Of a DNA stretch of 35,196 bases, positions 6,297-15,697 are shown piece by piece. The DNA is from an uncultured Methylocystis sp. (GTDB lineage: Bacteria; Pseudomonadota; Alphaproteobacteria; Rhizobiales; Beijerinckiaceae): contig CAZVMY010000002.1 in the NCBI GenBank assembly GCA_964628955.1, positions 1 to 35,196 of the forward strand. Reading direction: 5' to 3'. Every line of letters starts with the position of its first letter. Positions within the stretch are counted from its first letter, which is position 1. The notes under the pieces were generated by a model. It was not told where the DNA came from, searched no databases, and was given only the letters and a program-made list of their open reading frames with translations. Made by a program: the position numbers and the translations under genes.

Positions 6297-7529
6297 TCAG
6301 AACATGGCCGCCACGGCCCGGATGCGTGTCGCGGCCGCGATGTGCGCCGCGCTCACGGGATGGACGCCGTCCGTCGTCTGGCCCGGCGCCCAGACTGACG
6401 GCGTCCCGGCATCGGCCCAAAGGCCGGCGTTGCAATCGATGACGCCGGCGACGTTGCCGGTGCTCACCTGCGTGTCGAGCCAGGTGTTGAACTGCTCGCG
6501 AATGCCGCCGGGCGCGAAGCCGGGGAGCGGTGTCTGATTGACGGCCGTCGCGAAGGCGTCGGTGGACGTCGTGCGCGGCGGGATGCGGACGTGCCAGCGC
6601 GGAATGCCGAGGCGGGCGAGCTGGCTCCAGATGCCCTGGGCATCGCCCTGCATCTGCGCGAGGGTTCGCCCGTTGTTGACGTCGTTCGTGCCGAGAGAAA
6701 TGATGCAGTGCGTGCAGGTCCACCAGTGGCCACGCTTGCGCGGCTGGATGTCCTGTGCCTGACCGCGCAGCTCGTCGGAGCCGCGAAAATGGCCGAGGCT
6801 CGGCAGTGCCGCACCGCGGATGCCGACGAGCGCGCGACGCGCCATGCCGCGGCTGCCGTCGCCGGCGGACACGTCACCTTGGCCATACGAAAAGCTGTCG
6901 CCGAGGATCAGCACGCTCGGCTGCCTGCGTCCGGCCTGACCGAAGACGCTGATGGGTCCGAAGCCGACCGGCTGCGCCGTACCGGTGATCGCGCCGGTGG
7001 CGGCCGCCTGCGTGGCGCCGCTGTCGGTCGTGGCCGCCTCGCCGGTAGCGTTCGACTGCATGCCGACCGGGATGAACTCGTTCGCGGCGACGAGCACCGA
7101 ACCACGGACCCACCATTCGCTGTTGGCGGGCAGGGTCGGATTGAACGGATCGGTCGTAGCCTCGCCGCCATCGGCGAGCGCCACCGTGCGCGAGCCACCG
7201 AACGTCAGCGGCACGGTGATCGGCACCACGGCGGCGTCGAAACGCGTCTGCGGCGTGGTGATCTCGATCGCCGCGTCGATCGTGAGGACGTTGCCGCTCC
7301 CGGCCTCCGTCCGGCCGGAGGTGATGTAGTAGTTGCCGAACACCAGCCGGACGTTGTTGAGCCCGCTCTCGGGCGCCGTCAGACGCCAGCGAAAGTGCAT
7401 TCGCGTGAAGCCGACCGCCTGCAGCAGGCCGTTCATCGAATGCGCGCGCGTGCCAACCTGCACATGATCATAGATCCTGTTGCGATCGCGAGCGCTCATA
7501 ACCAGACCGCCGCCGACCGTCAGGGTCAT
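6297..7529 (-). CDS. Tail-associated SGNH/GDSL hydrolase (esterase; candidate polysaccharide deacetylase) with an N-terminal beta-rich domain.
   Basis: SGNH blocks: VLILGDSFSYG (block I Ser), SLGTNDV (block III) and TDGVHPVSAAH (block V Asp-x-x-His). The start was taken at ATG 7529, which overlaps the upstream stop, rather than 7712. Confidence 0.85.
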   Translation of the reverse strand: MTLTVGGGLVMSARDRNRIYDHVQVGTRAHSMNGLLQAVGFTRMHFRWRLTAPESGLNNVRLVFGNYYITSGRTEAGSGNVLTIDAAIEITTPQTRFDAAVVPITVPLTFGGSRTVALADGGEATTDPFNPTLPANSEWWVRGSVLVAANEFIPVGMQSNATGEAATTDSGATQAAATGAITGTAQPVGFGPISVFGQAGRRQPSVLILGDSFSYGQGDVSAGDGSRGMARRALVGIRGAALPSLGHFRGSDELRGQAQDIQPRKRGHWWTCTHCIISLGTNDVNNGRTLAQMQGDAQGIWSQLARLGIPRWHVRIPPRTTSTDAFATAVNQTPLPGFAPGGIREQFNTWLDTQVSTGNVAGVIDCNAGLWADAGTPSVWAPGQTTDGVHPVSAAHIAAATRIRAVAAMF

Positions 7530-7786
7530 TTCGTCACCACGACGAAGGGATGCCCGGTCGTGGCGCTCCACGCGAGCAGCGACTGCCCCTCGGCCGGCCG
7601 GCGGCCCTGCGTCGCACCCGCCTCGATCGGGATACCGGTCGTCGCGGATGGAGGGTTGGCAGGATCGTCGGACACCATAAGCGTGGCGCCGCCGAGGTTG
7701 ATGATCGACCACTCGGAGAAGCCGCCGGCGGCGACCGCGACCTCTGCGGTGCCGCCGAGCGTGATGGTGCGGTTGACGATGCTCAT
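7526..7786 (-). CDS. Small beta-rich hypothetical protein (86 aa) between the tailspike and the SGNH esterase.
   Basis: Compact coupled ORF. No recognisable domain. Confidence 0.55.
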   Translation of the reverse strand: MSIVNRTITLGGTAEVAVAAGGFSEWSIINLGGATLMVSDDPANPPSATTGIPIEAGATQGRRPAEGQSLLAWSATTGHPFVVVTK

Positions 7787-7793
7787 GGGTGCC

Positions 7794-9896
7794 TCACGTC
7801 AGCAGGTTGTCGCCGGTGGAGCGGATCGGCGAGCCGCCGGTGTAGTCGTTCAGGACGGCCGTCAGGACGGTCATCTTGTTGTCGCGGACCATGTGACGGT
7901 TGCCGTTGCCGATGAGGATGCCGAAGTCGACGGTCCCGCACCGGGTGGCGTTGTTGCCGATCACCGACACGTGCTCGCAGCCGTCGATGTTGATGATCGC
8001 GGCCGTCCCGCTGACCTTGGTGATGCTGTCCGCTTCCAGCCCGGTGATCGTGAGAGCTTCGATACCGACGAAATAAAGCGCCGCGTTGCCGTCGGCCGGA
8101 TCGCACTGGATCAGGCCGAGGCCGCAGCCGTCGACGACGAACTGGCGGATCGACGCCGAGCCCGTCGACGTCGCGAAGATCGCCGGACCGGTGTAGTTGA
8201 CGAAGTACGGGCGCACGAAGTGGATCTGGAAGATCTGCGCCGTGTCGATCGCGGCGAAATCGACCGCGCGCTGGCCGGCCGGAGCGCCTGGTCCATCCCA
8301 TTGGGTGCCGAAAAACCAGATGTCGCCGATCTGCGACGATCCCGACGCCTCAAGGCGGGTGCCGGTCTTGTAGATCTTGGTGCCGTGAAAATGGAACCCG
8401 CGCGCCTGGCCGCTGCTCGCCGTGAGCACCCTCAGCGGTCGAACCGTCGCGTCGCCGGCAAACTCGCACGAATAGAAGACGAAGTCGCCGCAGAAGGAGT
8501 TCGCGGTGGTCGCCTGGAACAGCGCCGTGCCGGCACGGACGACCACGTTCCGGAAATCGATGTGCTTGGCCTCGTCAACCTGAAGGACGTTGCCTGCAGT
8601 GAAGCTCTCGAATTTCAGGTCGCGTACTTGCGAGAACGCGAAACTGGACGTGACGAGCCCGAAGGCACCGATCCGCAGCCCGGTCGCCGTCGTCGGCCCG
8701 AGAAAGCCGTCGAAATCGATACCGGAAATGTCCATGAGCGCGTCGCCGCGGCCGGTGTTGACGTCAGCCAGCAGGCAGCGCGGGACGATCGACAGGCCGC
8801 GGACGCCGGCGGCGACCCGAAACAGGCAGCCGTTGCCGCGCAGCCGCACCTGATAGGCCCGCGTATCGCTGGCCGACCGGCCGTGTTTCATGGTCAGCCC
8901 GGGCGCGCCGATGAGGTACCGGGCGCCCGGTTGCAGATCGACCCACAGATCGCGATCCTGCGCGAAGTCGATCGCCCGCTGGATCGCCGCAGTGGCGCTC
9001 ACGGCCTCGACCGTGTTCGGCTCGAACACCGACGCGTAGATCGTGTCCACCGGCCCCGGGCGCGGGTGCAGGTAGGTCTGCACGCCGGCGATGAAGCAGC
9101 GGCCGGGTCCCCACGTCTTGCCGAGCGTCGGCGGGACGGTGACGACGTAGGTGCCGGGCGGCACGTAGACCGAGGCGGAGGCCGCTTCCGCTGCCGCGAA
9201 GGCGGCGCTGTCGTCGGCGATGCCGTTGCCGACCGCGCCGAAGTCGAAGGGCGTGGTGACGAGCTGCTGTAACCGGGCGGGCAGCGGCTCGAGCGGCGCC
9301 AGCCGCGCATTGAGCTGCTGGAGCGGCACGGCCTGGAGCGGCGTCGTGGCATTCCCCGGCAGGAGCGGGAAGCCGGTGACCGGCAGCGCGACGCTTGGGT
9401 TGCCGTCCGCGTCGAACACGAAATAGGCGCCGGCGCGCGCGGCGACGGGCGGCAGGCGATCGGGCGGCGTCTCGCCGTCGGGCACGCGCAGCGTCGTCGT
9501 CTCGAGGTCCCGGATGTCGCGCCGCGCCTCCTGGAACAGGATCGTGTGGCGGTCGAACTCACGCTCGAGGAGCGCCGATCGCACCACCCCGGCGAGCGTC
9601 GCATCGAGAAGCCGCTCGTCGATGCGCTCGCCGCGCACGCGGATCGTCGTGCCGGCGACGGCGGGAACCGCGAGAGTGACGGTGGCGACGGCCGGCGCGG
9701 CGCCGCCCAGCGTCACGGTCGCGGCGACGACGACGAACTCGCTGCCGCCGGCTGGCCGGGCCAGCACGGCGACGTCCGCGGGCGCGTAGGCCCGCCAGTC
9801 GGTCGGGCCGAAGACGGTCTGGCCGCCGGCGGCCGTGTAGTCGTTCTGCCGCGTCTGGCGCGGGATGGGATAGGCGATCGACATGCGCGGCAGCAT
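7794..9896 (-). CDS. Tailspike or tail fibre with a right-handed beta-helix (pectate-lyase-type) depolymerase domain.
   Basis: FDFGAVGNGIADDSAAFAAAEAASASVYVPPGTYVV is the classic Pectate_lyase_3 / P22-tailspike-type N-cap motif. Periodic beta-helix-like repeats follow. It sits after the internal virion genes. The true start may be the ATG at 9884. Confidence 0.8.
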   Translation of the reverse strand: MLPRMSIAYPIPRQTRQNDYTAAGGQTVFGPTDWRAYAPADVAVLARPAGGSEFVVVAATVTLGGAAPAVATVTLAVPAVAGTTIRVRGERIDERLLDATLAGVVRSALLEREFDRHTILFQEARRDIRDLETTTLRVPDGETPPDRLPPVAARAGAYFVFDADGNPSVALPVTGFPLLPGNATTPLQAVPLQQLNARLAPLEPLPARLQQLVTTPFDFGAVGNGIADDSAAFAAAEAASASVYVPPGTYVVTVPPTLGKTWGPGRCFIAGVQTYLHPRPGPVDTIYASVFEPNTVEAVSATAAIQRAIDFAQDRDLWVDLQPGARYLIGAPGLTMKHGRSASDTRAYQVRLRGNGCLFRVAAGVRGLSIVPRCLLADVNTGRGDALMDISGIDFDGFLGPTTATGLRIGAFGLVTSSFAFSQVRDLKFESFTAGNVLQVDEAKHIDFRNVVVRAGTALFQATTANSFCGDFVFYSCEFAGDATVRPLRVLTASSGQARGFHFHGTKIYKTGTRLEASGSSQIGDIWFFGTQWDGPGAPAGQRAVDFAAIDTAQIFQIHFVRPYFVNYTGPAIFATSTGSASIRQFVVDGCGLGLIQCDPADGNAALYFVGIEALTITGLEADSITKVSGTAAIINIDGCEHVSVIGNNATRCGTVDFGILIGNGNRHMVRDNKMTVLTAVLNDYTGGSPIRSTGDNLLT

Positions 9897-9928
9897 GGCG
9901 CCGCCGGCGGGCCGTTAACCTTGGCGCG

Positions 9929-12388
9929 TCACGGCGCCCGCTGCGGCACCAGCTCGCCCGGGCGCCACCAGAATTCCTGCCCGGTTTCGCGCGCGAGGCG
10001 CCGTTCGCGCGTGCGGAAGGTGCGGTGTGCGTCGGGGTCGGCCAGATAGTCGAGCTGGTCGATGAACGCGCGCTGCCAGGCCAGTCGCGTGTACCAGAGC
10101 GACGAGATCACCGGCGTGTAGCGGGCCAGCTTGGTGACGTCGCCGCTGTTGACGTCGTCGCCCTTCAGCGGGCGATAGACGTTGCCGAGCGTCGCCTTGG
10201 TGACGTCGGACACGAGACCGAATGTTGGCCCGGCCATGGAGGTGATCGCGTCCTGGCCGAAGCGCGACTGGTCGGCGAACAGGAAGTCGCCGAACAGGCC
10301 CAGACCGCCGCCCGCCTTGGCCGCGGCGACCCAGAAGCGGGGATCGTCCATCGGCTGCGGGTCCTTACCGTTCAGCAGCTGCTTGATCTGGGTCGAAACC
10401 GCGCCGCCGAGCGTCAGCCCTAGCAGCAGCGCCCCGGCGTAACGAGCGCCGCGGACCTTGCCGAAATCGGCCGTCTCGCGGGCGACAGCTTCCAGCTGGA
10501 GCGATCCCAGCGAGAGCACGAAACCCTTGAACTGCATGAAGCTCGACACCAGCTCGCCGGTCACGGTTCCGGGCCGCGACCCGGCGCGGGTGAGCGAGCG
10601 CAGACGCTTGGTGCCGCTCGGCACCGCCCGCTCGGTCTCGCCGAGGATCATCTCGAGATACCGCTCTGCGGCCGCGCGATCGGTCAGCGCCACGTCGGCC
10701 GGGCGTACGAACAATGCACCAGGTGTCGGTTCGTGCGGCGTGACGCCGCGCACGGTGTTCCAGACGCCGGCATCGAAGCCGTAACCTTCCATAGTCCGGC
10801 GCAGGCGGGCGTCGAGCTTTGACCACTCGCTGCCGGCGTTCTCGGCGACCCAGCCTTGCAGCTCACGGCCGAAGATGAACTTACGCGCTTGCGTCCACGG
10901 CGCGAGGCCCGACAGCGTCAGCGTCCGATCGGCCAGCCAGTTCGTGGCGTTGGTCCCTTGCAGCGTGCCGACGTAGCGCGCCTCCTGTCCGAGCACGTGC
11001 ATGGCGTCGTCGAGGATCAGGCCGGATCGGACCATGTCGCGGCGCGAGCCGCCGGCGAGCGTCCGGACGATCTCCTCGACGATCGTGCGCGTCGGCAGCC
11101 CCGACAGGCGTTTGGCTGCGTTCGCGATGAATGGATCGGTGGCGATCGCCGTGACGCTGGCCGAGCCGAGCAGCGCCGACGTCAGCAGCGACCGGACGTT
11201 GGCGAACCCAGCAGCCCAGAAGGCGTTGACCTGGCCGACGCTGCGGATTTCGTTCCACAGCGCATCGACCTGATAGTCGACGGCGCCGCCAGCCTGAAAG
11301 GCACGTTCGGCGGTGTTCGCCTGGTACAGCGACGGCTGGCCGGCGGTCGCCTTGCCCTGTTCGATGCGCACCACCTGTTTCAGCCACTCGACCATGGCGC
11401 CGGGGTTCGGCCCGAGGATCTCCATCGCGGCGACGTCGCGCGCCATGCCGCGGACGTGGTTCATCATCGCCGCGAAGGCGTCGCCCTGGCCGAAGCTCGA
11501 CGCGTAGTCCTGCCACGCCGCGGCATCCCTGAAGATCAGGAAGCGATGGTCCGACCGCTGGCCGGCCAGGGCACCGCGGCCCTGCGGCAGTGCCTGCGGC
11601 GCCCGGTCGCCCCAGCCGTCGGAGACGATACGATCATAGGCGACGTCGAGCGCCGATTGCAGGCGCGCCGCCGTGAGCGGATCGCCGGTGAGCGGGTCGC
11701 GCATCCGCGCGAGGTCGAGGCGCGGGGCGATGAACTTCTTCCACTGGCCGCGACCGGCCCGGACCATGGCGCGCGGATCGTGCAGCTGCGGCAGCGCCCA
11801 GCCGTCGAGGTGGCCGATCTGGCCGCCGGCGGCGTTGAAGCGGCCGCGCAAATCCTCCGCGACGTCGCGGAAGGTCGAGGCGAACCCCTTGGCCGCGAGG
11901 TTCTTCGTGTCCTCGCCGTGCAACTCGCGCACCACCTCGGCCAGCGTCGCCTTGTTGCGCCGGGCGCCGGTCGCGAGGCTCCGGTCGAAGGTGTCGAGCA
12001 GGTCGGCCATGCGCGCGTGGGCGAGGCCGACGATCGACTTCATGCGCCCCTCGACCGAGGAATAGCCGCTGAAACCGAAGTGTTCGAGCAGTCGCAGCGT
12101 TCCCGAGAGCACGTCGGGCCGGCCCCGGGCGTCACGGTAGCCGGTGACGTCGGCGAGTGCCCGGTCGCGAGCCTGCCTGGTCAGCCCGATCAACCGGCGA
12201 TCCTCGATCGCCTCCAGCTTGAGTTCCCTGGCCAGACGGTCGCGGGCCGCACCGGCCGCGGCAGCATCGCCCAGTTCGAGCGCGAGCTGACCGCGCAGCT
12301 CCTGGTGACGACGAAGCAGCGCCTCCGCCTCGACGCCGGTGATGGCGCCCTGGTTCACGGCTGACTGGAGGCATGATGAGAGGGTCAT
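9929..12388 (-). CDS. Large virion or ejection-type protein (819 aa), function unknown.
   Basis: Called from its position in the tail/internal-protein block and tight coupling to neighbours. It has hydrophobic Gly/Ala-rich segments near the C-terminus (ALLLGLTLGGAV, GGLGLFGDFLF). No catalytic motif recognised. Confidence 0.7.
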   Translation of the reverse strand: MTLSSCLQSAVNQGAITGVEAEALLRRHQELRGQLALELGDAAAAGAARDRLARELKLEAIEDRRLIGLTRQARDRALADVTGYRDARGRPDVLSGTLRLLEHFGFSGYSSVEGRMKSIVGLAHARMADLLDTFDRSLATGARRNKATLAEVVRELHGEDTKNLAAKGFASTFRDVAEDLRGRFNAAGGQIGHLDGWALPQLHDPRAMVRAGRGQWKKFIAPRLDLARMRDPLTGDPLTAARLQSALDVAYDRIVSDGWGDRAPQALPQGRGALAGQRSDHRFLIFRDAAAWQDYASSFGQGDAFAAMMNHVRGMARDVAAMEILGPNPGAMVEWLKQVVRIEQGKATAGQPSLYQANTAERAFQAGGAVDYQVDALWNEIRSVGQVNAFWAAGFANVRSLLTSALLGSASVTAIATDPFIANAAKRLSGLPTRTIVEEIVRTLAGGSRRDMVRSGLILDDAMHVLGQEARYVGTLQGTNATNWLADRTLTLSGLAPWTQARKFIFGRELQGWVAENAGSEWSKLDARLRRTMEGYGFDAGVWNTVRGVTPHEPTPGALFVRPADVALTDRAAAERYLEMILGETERAVPSGTKRLRSLTRAGSRPGTVTGELVSSFMQFKGFVLSLGSLQLEAVARETADFGKVRGARYAGALLLGLTLGGAVSTQIKQLLNGKDPQPMDDPRFWVAAAKAGGGLGLFGDFLFADQSRFGQDAITSMAGPTFGLVSDVTKATLGNVYRPLKGDDVNSGDVTKLARYTPVISSLWYTRLAWQRAFIDQLDYLADPDAHRTFRTRERRLARETGQEFWWRPGELVPQRAP

Positions 12389-12390
12389 GA

Positions 12391-15300
12391 TCAGTCCAGC
12401 TTACACGACGCGACGAGGTCTCCGAACAGCTCCTTTTTGTCGGCCTCCACAAGCGCTTCGGCGATCGGCACCGGCCGCATGTCCCGCCCCCCCTCCGTCG
12501 CCGCCTGGGGCAACGTATCGAAGAAGGAGGGCTCGACGGCCGGGTCGCGAAGCTGCAGCTCGGGTGTCAGCGCGTCGGCCTGCGCGGCGGCTGCCGGACT
12601 GCCGGGCTCGACCGGCGAGGCCGTTCGCAGAGACGGGCTGGCCGACAGCGCGTCGAGGCCGTCGCGCTGGATCAGGTCCAGCACGTCCTGCGTGAACCGG
12701 TCGGCCACGGCGTTCGTCCTGCCACCTTCCGCGAGAGCGACGGCCGCGCGGTTGAGCGCGTCCGAAACCGGTCCGGTTCGGGTCGCGAGCTTCTCGAGCA
12801 GGAAGCGCAGACGGTCCGCAGTGTCGCGTCGGCCCGCGTTGGCGACCGTGTCGAGCTGGTTCCCGGCAGCCTCGATCGCCGTCGCCCGGTCCGTGAGGAC
12901 GGAAAACAGACGCTTGTCCTGTTCGAGCCGCTTCATCGCAGCGGTGAAGATCCGCGCGCGTTCCGGTGCCAGCGACAGCGTCGTCTCCAGCTGGCCGAAC
13001 AACGTCTCCTGCACTTCGGTTCGAAATCCGGCCACGATCGCGTCGGAGATGGCGAACCGGGCCGCGGCCTCGCTGTCCGGTCGTACCCGCACGAGGCTTT
13101 CGACGATCGCGCCGTGCAGCTCCGGTTGGTTCGGCAGCTGGCGGCCGATCCATGCCGCGTGGTTTGCCTCGACGCGCTCGTTGATCACGGCCGACCATGC
13201 GACGTCCGACAGCCGTGCCAGCCCGACGGCCTGCTGGATGCGGCCGTCCGAGAGCGGGAGCGACGCGTCGAACAGATCGGGTCTGTCCCTGATGATCCGC
13301 GCGGTATCCAGCAGCGTGCCACTGCCCTCCTGGAGGTTCTTCTTGGCGGCGATCGCACGTACGTCCGCCGGTGTCCAGCCGTCCGCCTCGCGGAACACGT
13401 AGGCGTCGAGGCGGATGTCCTGGGCGGGGCTCTCCCTCAGCAGCCGTCTGGCGAGACCGAGCCGCTGGTGACCGTCGGCGATGACGCGGCTGCCGTCGGA
13501 GCGCTCGTAGACGACGGCTTTTCCGGCGGCTAGCGGGTCCCATGAACCGACCGACCGCAATCGATCAGTCACGCCAGCGGCGTCGCCAGCACTCTTGTAT
13601 TGAAATGTCAAGGCGTCTGTCGTAAGGCTTGTTGCGGGCACGCTCTCGAATGCGACTGGCCGATCGAGCACGCGGAACCGCACAGGCTCGCTGGACAGCG
13701 CCTCTCCGCCAGAAGGACGATCAATGACAGCCAATTGGGCCGTAGGTACCTGGGAAGGCGACCCGGTGCTGTTTTCGCCCAGCGCAGCTTTCGCGCTGAT
13801 AGATGGACGCTGGACGCTCGTCGACGAGGCGGACGTTCTGACGTCGGGCAAGGTGATGACGCCGGAGGCGTTCGAGGCGACGTTCCCTTCGTTGCCGATA
13901 TTTCCGCCGATGCCCCGCCAGGCGTCGGACAGACCCGAGCGTATTCGCGCATAGAGCGCCTGCATTTCCGCAAGCGCCCGGTCTCGCTCCGCGCCGGGCG
14001 ACAATGTACGAAACCGCTCGTAAAGCGCGTGGCCACCGCCTGTCTCCTTGGCCTTGTAAAGCGACGGCTCCCAGAATTGCACTTCACCGAGCTGGCCGTC
14101 GGGAAACCGGACGATCAGCTTGCGGTCTACGTAGCCCGCGAAGGTTTCGCTCCAGCCCTCGTCGATGATTTCAAACCGCTGGCGCAGGTCGGCCACGACG
14201 CGGTCGGCATCGGCGGGTGACCGCACGTTGAAGCCGCCGCGAACGATGTCGGTGATGTCGCTTGCATTGACGTAGCCTTTGACCGCCAGCTTCCGCGCTG
14301 CACTTTCCCGCGTCTTGATGCCGGGGTCGGTGAACGTCAGCCCGTAGCGAGCGCCGATTTCATCGGCTGCGGCCGCAAGTCGCGCCTGATTGGCAGGCGC
14401 CGCCTTAAACTGGCTGTCGATCGTCGTGAAGGGGACCTGCTGTTTGAACGCGGCGAGCTGACGCTTGACCTCGACCGGATCGGCCAGGACTGGCGGAGCA
14501 GCAGGCGCAGGCAACGGCGACACCGGGGAAGGGGCGTCGGGATCGATCGCGTGGCGCAGCGCGTCGTCGATCGTGTCCAGATGGTCGATTGCGGCCACTC
14601 CCGCGGGCGCCGGCGGCAGATCGGCGGCCTGGGCCTCCACTCTGGCTGCCGCATCGAGCTGCCGTCCGGCGTCGTCGTTGAGCGGCGCGCCGAGGGTGTC
14701 GATCACCTGACGCGCCTCGGCGGCCGTGCCGCGGCCCGACAGCACGCGGTCGACGGTGTCGGCCAGGGCCACCGCCTCCGGCCGGCGCAGCGCCGCCTGA
14801 AGGCCGCCGACCGCCCCGCCGAACACGCCGCCGATCAGCGCCGCCATGCCGACGTTCTCGATCGCCGGTTCGACCCCGTTGACGAGCCCCAGTTCGCGAC
14901 GCCAGGCCTGCACCACCGGCTGCTGCAGCGCGGTCACTCCGGCGTTGATCGCGGCCTCGCGCAGCGCCACCGACGTCACCTGGCCGACGACGCTCCTGGC
15001 GGCGGACGGGCCGGCGCCGAGCGCCAGGCTCGCCAGCGTGACGGGATCGGAGAGGGAGCCGAGCACGCTCGCCGCGCCCTCGACGGCGAAGCCCGCGGCA
15101 CCGCCCGGGCCGGTTGACCGGGCCTGCGTCAGCTCGGCTTCGGCGTTGCCGGCGATGGCACGGGCCTGTTCCTGCGGCGTCTGGTAGAACTGGAGCGCCT
15201 GCGCCCATTCCGGCTTCTGCGCCGCCAGCTCCGCGACCGCGGCGTCGAAGGCCCGGCGCTGGAGATCGGGCGACACCCGCGCGAAACTCTCGGCGTAAGT

Positions 15301-15696
15301 CGTGAAGTCGATCTCGCCGGCTTGCAGACGCTGGAGCCACATGGCGCGCGCCTCCCGCTCGAACCCGTTGTGCTCAGGGTTTTCCAGACTGACGCCGGTG
15401 ACCGACCGCACCACGTCCCGGCGCCGGTCGTAGGCGGCCGTCAGCGCCTCCGATCGGGCGTTCGTGTTGTCGACCAGCTGCTGGCTGCGCCGGGCGGCCT
15501 CGAACAGCCGGTCGCTGCGCCGGCGCGGCTCCTCGAGGAGCGCGGCCTGTTCGTCCCCGGTGAGCGCGAAACCGCGGCGGGCCGATCCGCCCGCGTCGGC
15601 CGCCACCTCGCGCAGCGTCTCGCCGAAGGTCAGGAACTCGTCGGGGCTGGCGACGGTGTCGAACGCGCGGTCGCGCGGCGCTTCCTCGAGGATCAC
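12391..15696 (-). CDS. Polyvalent internal-virion-type protein (1101 aa) carrying a RelA/SpoT-like nucleotidyltransferase domain (aa ~425-590) and a ParB/Srx-like domain (aa ~675-800).
   Basis: RSH-like motif series: GIKTRESAARKLAVKG, then ITDIVRGGFNV, then AGYVDRKLIV, then GEVQFWE, then GHALYERFR. These correspond to the RelQ motifs GRVK..S...K, DIAGLRI, GYRSYHLVV, EIQIRT and H..YKY. The ParB-like motif is KAVVYERSDGSRVIADGHQRLGLARRL. It occupies a gp16-like position after the gp14/gp15-like genes. Confidence 0.8.
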   Translation of the reverse strand: MILEEAPRDRAFDTVASPDEFLTFGETLREVAADAGGSARRGFALTGDEQAALLEEPRRRSDRLFEAARRSQQLVDNTNARSEALTAAYDRRRDVVRSVTGVSLENPEHNGFEREARAMWLQRLQAGEIDFTTYAESFARVSPDLQRRAFDAAVAELAAQKPEWAQALQFYQTPQEQARAIAGNAEAELTQARSTGPGGAAGFAVEGAASVLGSLSDPVTLASLALGAGPSAARSVVGQVTSVALREAAINAGVTALQQPVVQAWRRELGLVNGVEPAIENVGMAALIGGVFGGAVGGLQAALRRPEAVALADTVDRVLSGRGTAAEARQVIDTLGAPLNDDAGRQLDAAARVEAQAADLPPAPAGVAAIDHLDTIDDALRHAIDPDAPSPVSPLPAPAAPPVLADPVEVKRQLAAFKQQVPFTTIDSQFKAAPANQARLAAAADEIGARYGLTFTDPGIKTRESAARKLAVKGYVNASDITDIVRGGFNVRSPADADRVVADLRQRFEIIDEGWSETFAGYVDRKLIVRFPDGQLGEVQFWEPSLYKAKETGGGHALYERFRTLSPGAERDRALAEMQALYARIRSGLSDAWRGIGGNIGNEGNVASNASGVITLPDVRTSASSTSVQRPSISAKAALGENSTGSPSQVPTAQLAVIDRPSGGEALSSEPVRFRVLDRPVAFESVPATSLTTDALTFQYKSAGDAAGVTDRLRSVGSWDPLAAGKAVVYERSDGSRVIADGHQRLGLARRLLRESPAQDIRLDAYVFREADGWTPADVRAIAAKKNLQEGSGTLLDTARIIRDRPDLFDASLPLSDGRIQQAVGLARLSDVAWSAVINERVEANHAAWIGRQLPNQPELHGAIVESLVRVRPDSEAAARFAISDAIVAGFRTEVQETLFGQLETTLSLAPERARIFTAAMKRLEQDKRLFSVLTDRATAIEAAGNQLDTVANAGRRDTADRLRFLLEKLATRTGPVSDALNRAAVALAEGGRTNAVADRFTQDVLDLIQRDGLDALSASPSLRTASPVEPGSPAAAAQADALTPELQLRDPAVEPSFFDTLPQAATEGGRDMRPVPIAEALVEADKKELFGDLVASCKLD

Positions 15697-15697
15697 G

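Noticed and set aside
6591-9272. Very long plus-strand ORFs: 6591..9272 (893 aa), 10856..12364, 15464..18307 (947 aa), 18771..21344 (857 aa), 24325..26280 and 29984..32152.
   Set aside because: They run antisense to minus-strand genes that carry clear motifs (SGNH blocks, beta-helix, portal, Walker A/B). Their translations are Arg/Ala/Gly/Pro-rich low-complexity sequence with no recognisable domain. Such shadow ORFs are expected in very GC-rich DNA.
7794-9896. A diversity-generating retroelement (VR/TR pair plus reverse transcriptase), as found in BPP-1-like phages.
   Set aside because: No ORF with reverse-transcriptase motifs (YxDD) was seen on either strand. I noticed no ~100-bp imperfect direct repeat matching the 3' end of the tail-fibre genes. 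A repeat search by computer would be needed to exclude it formally.
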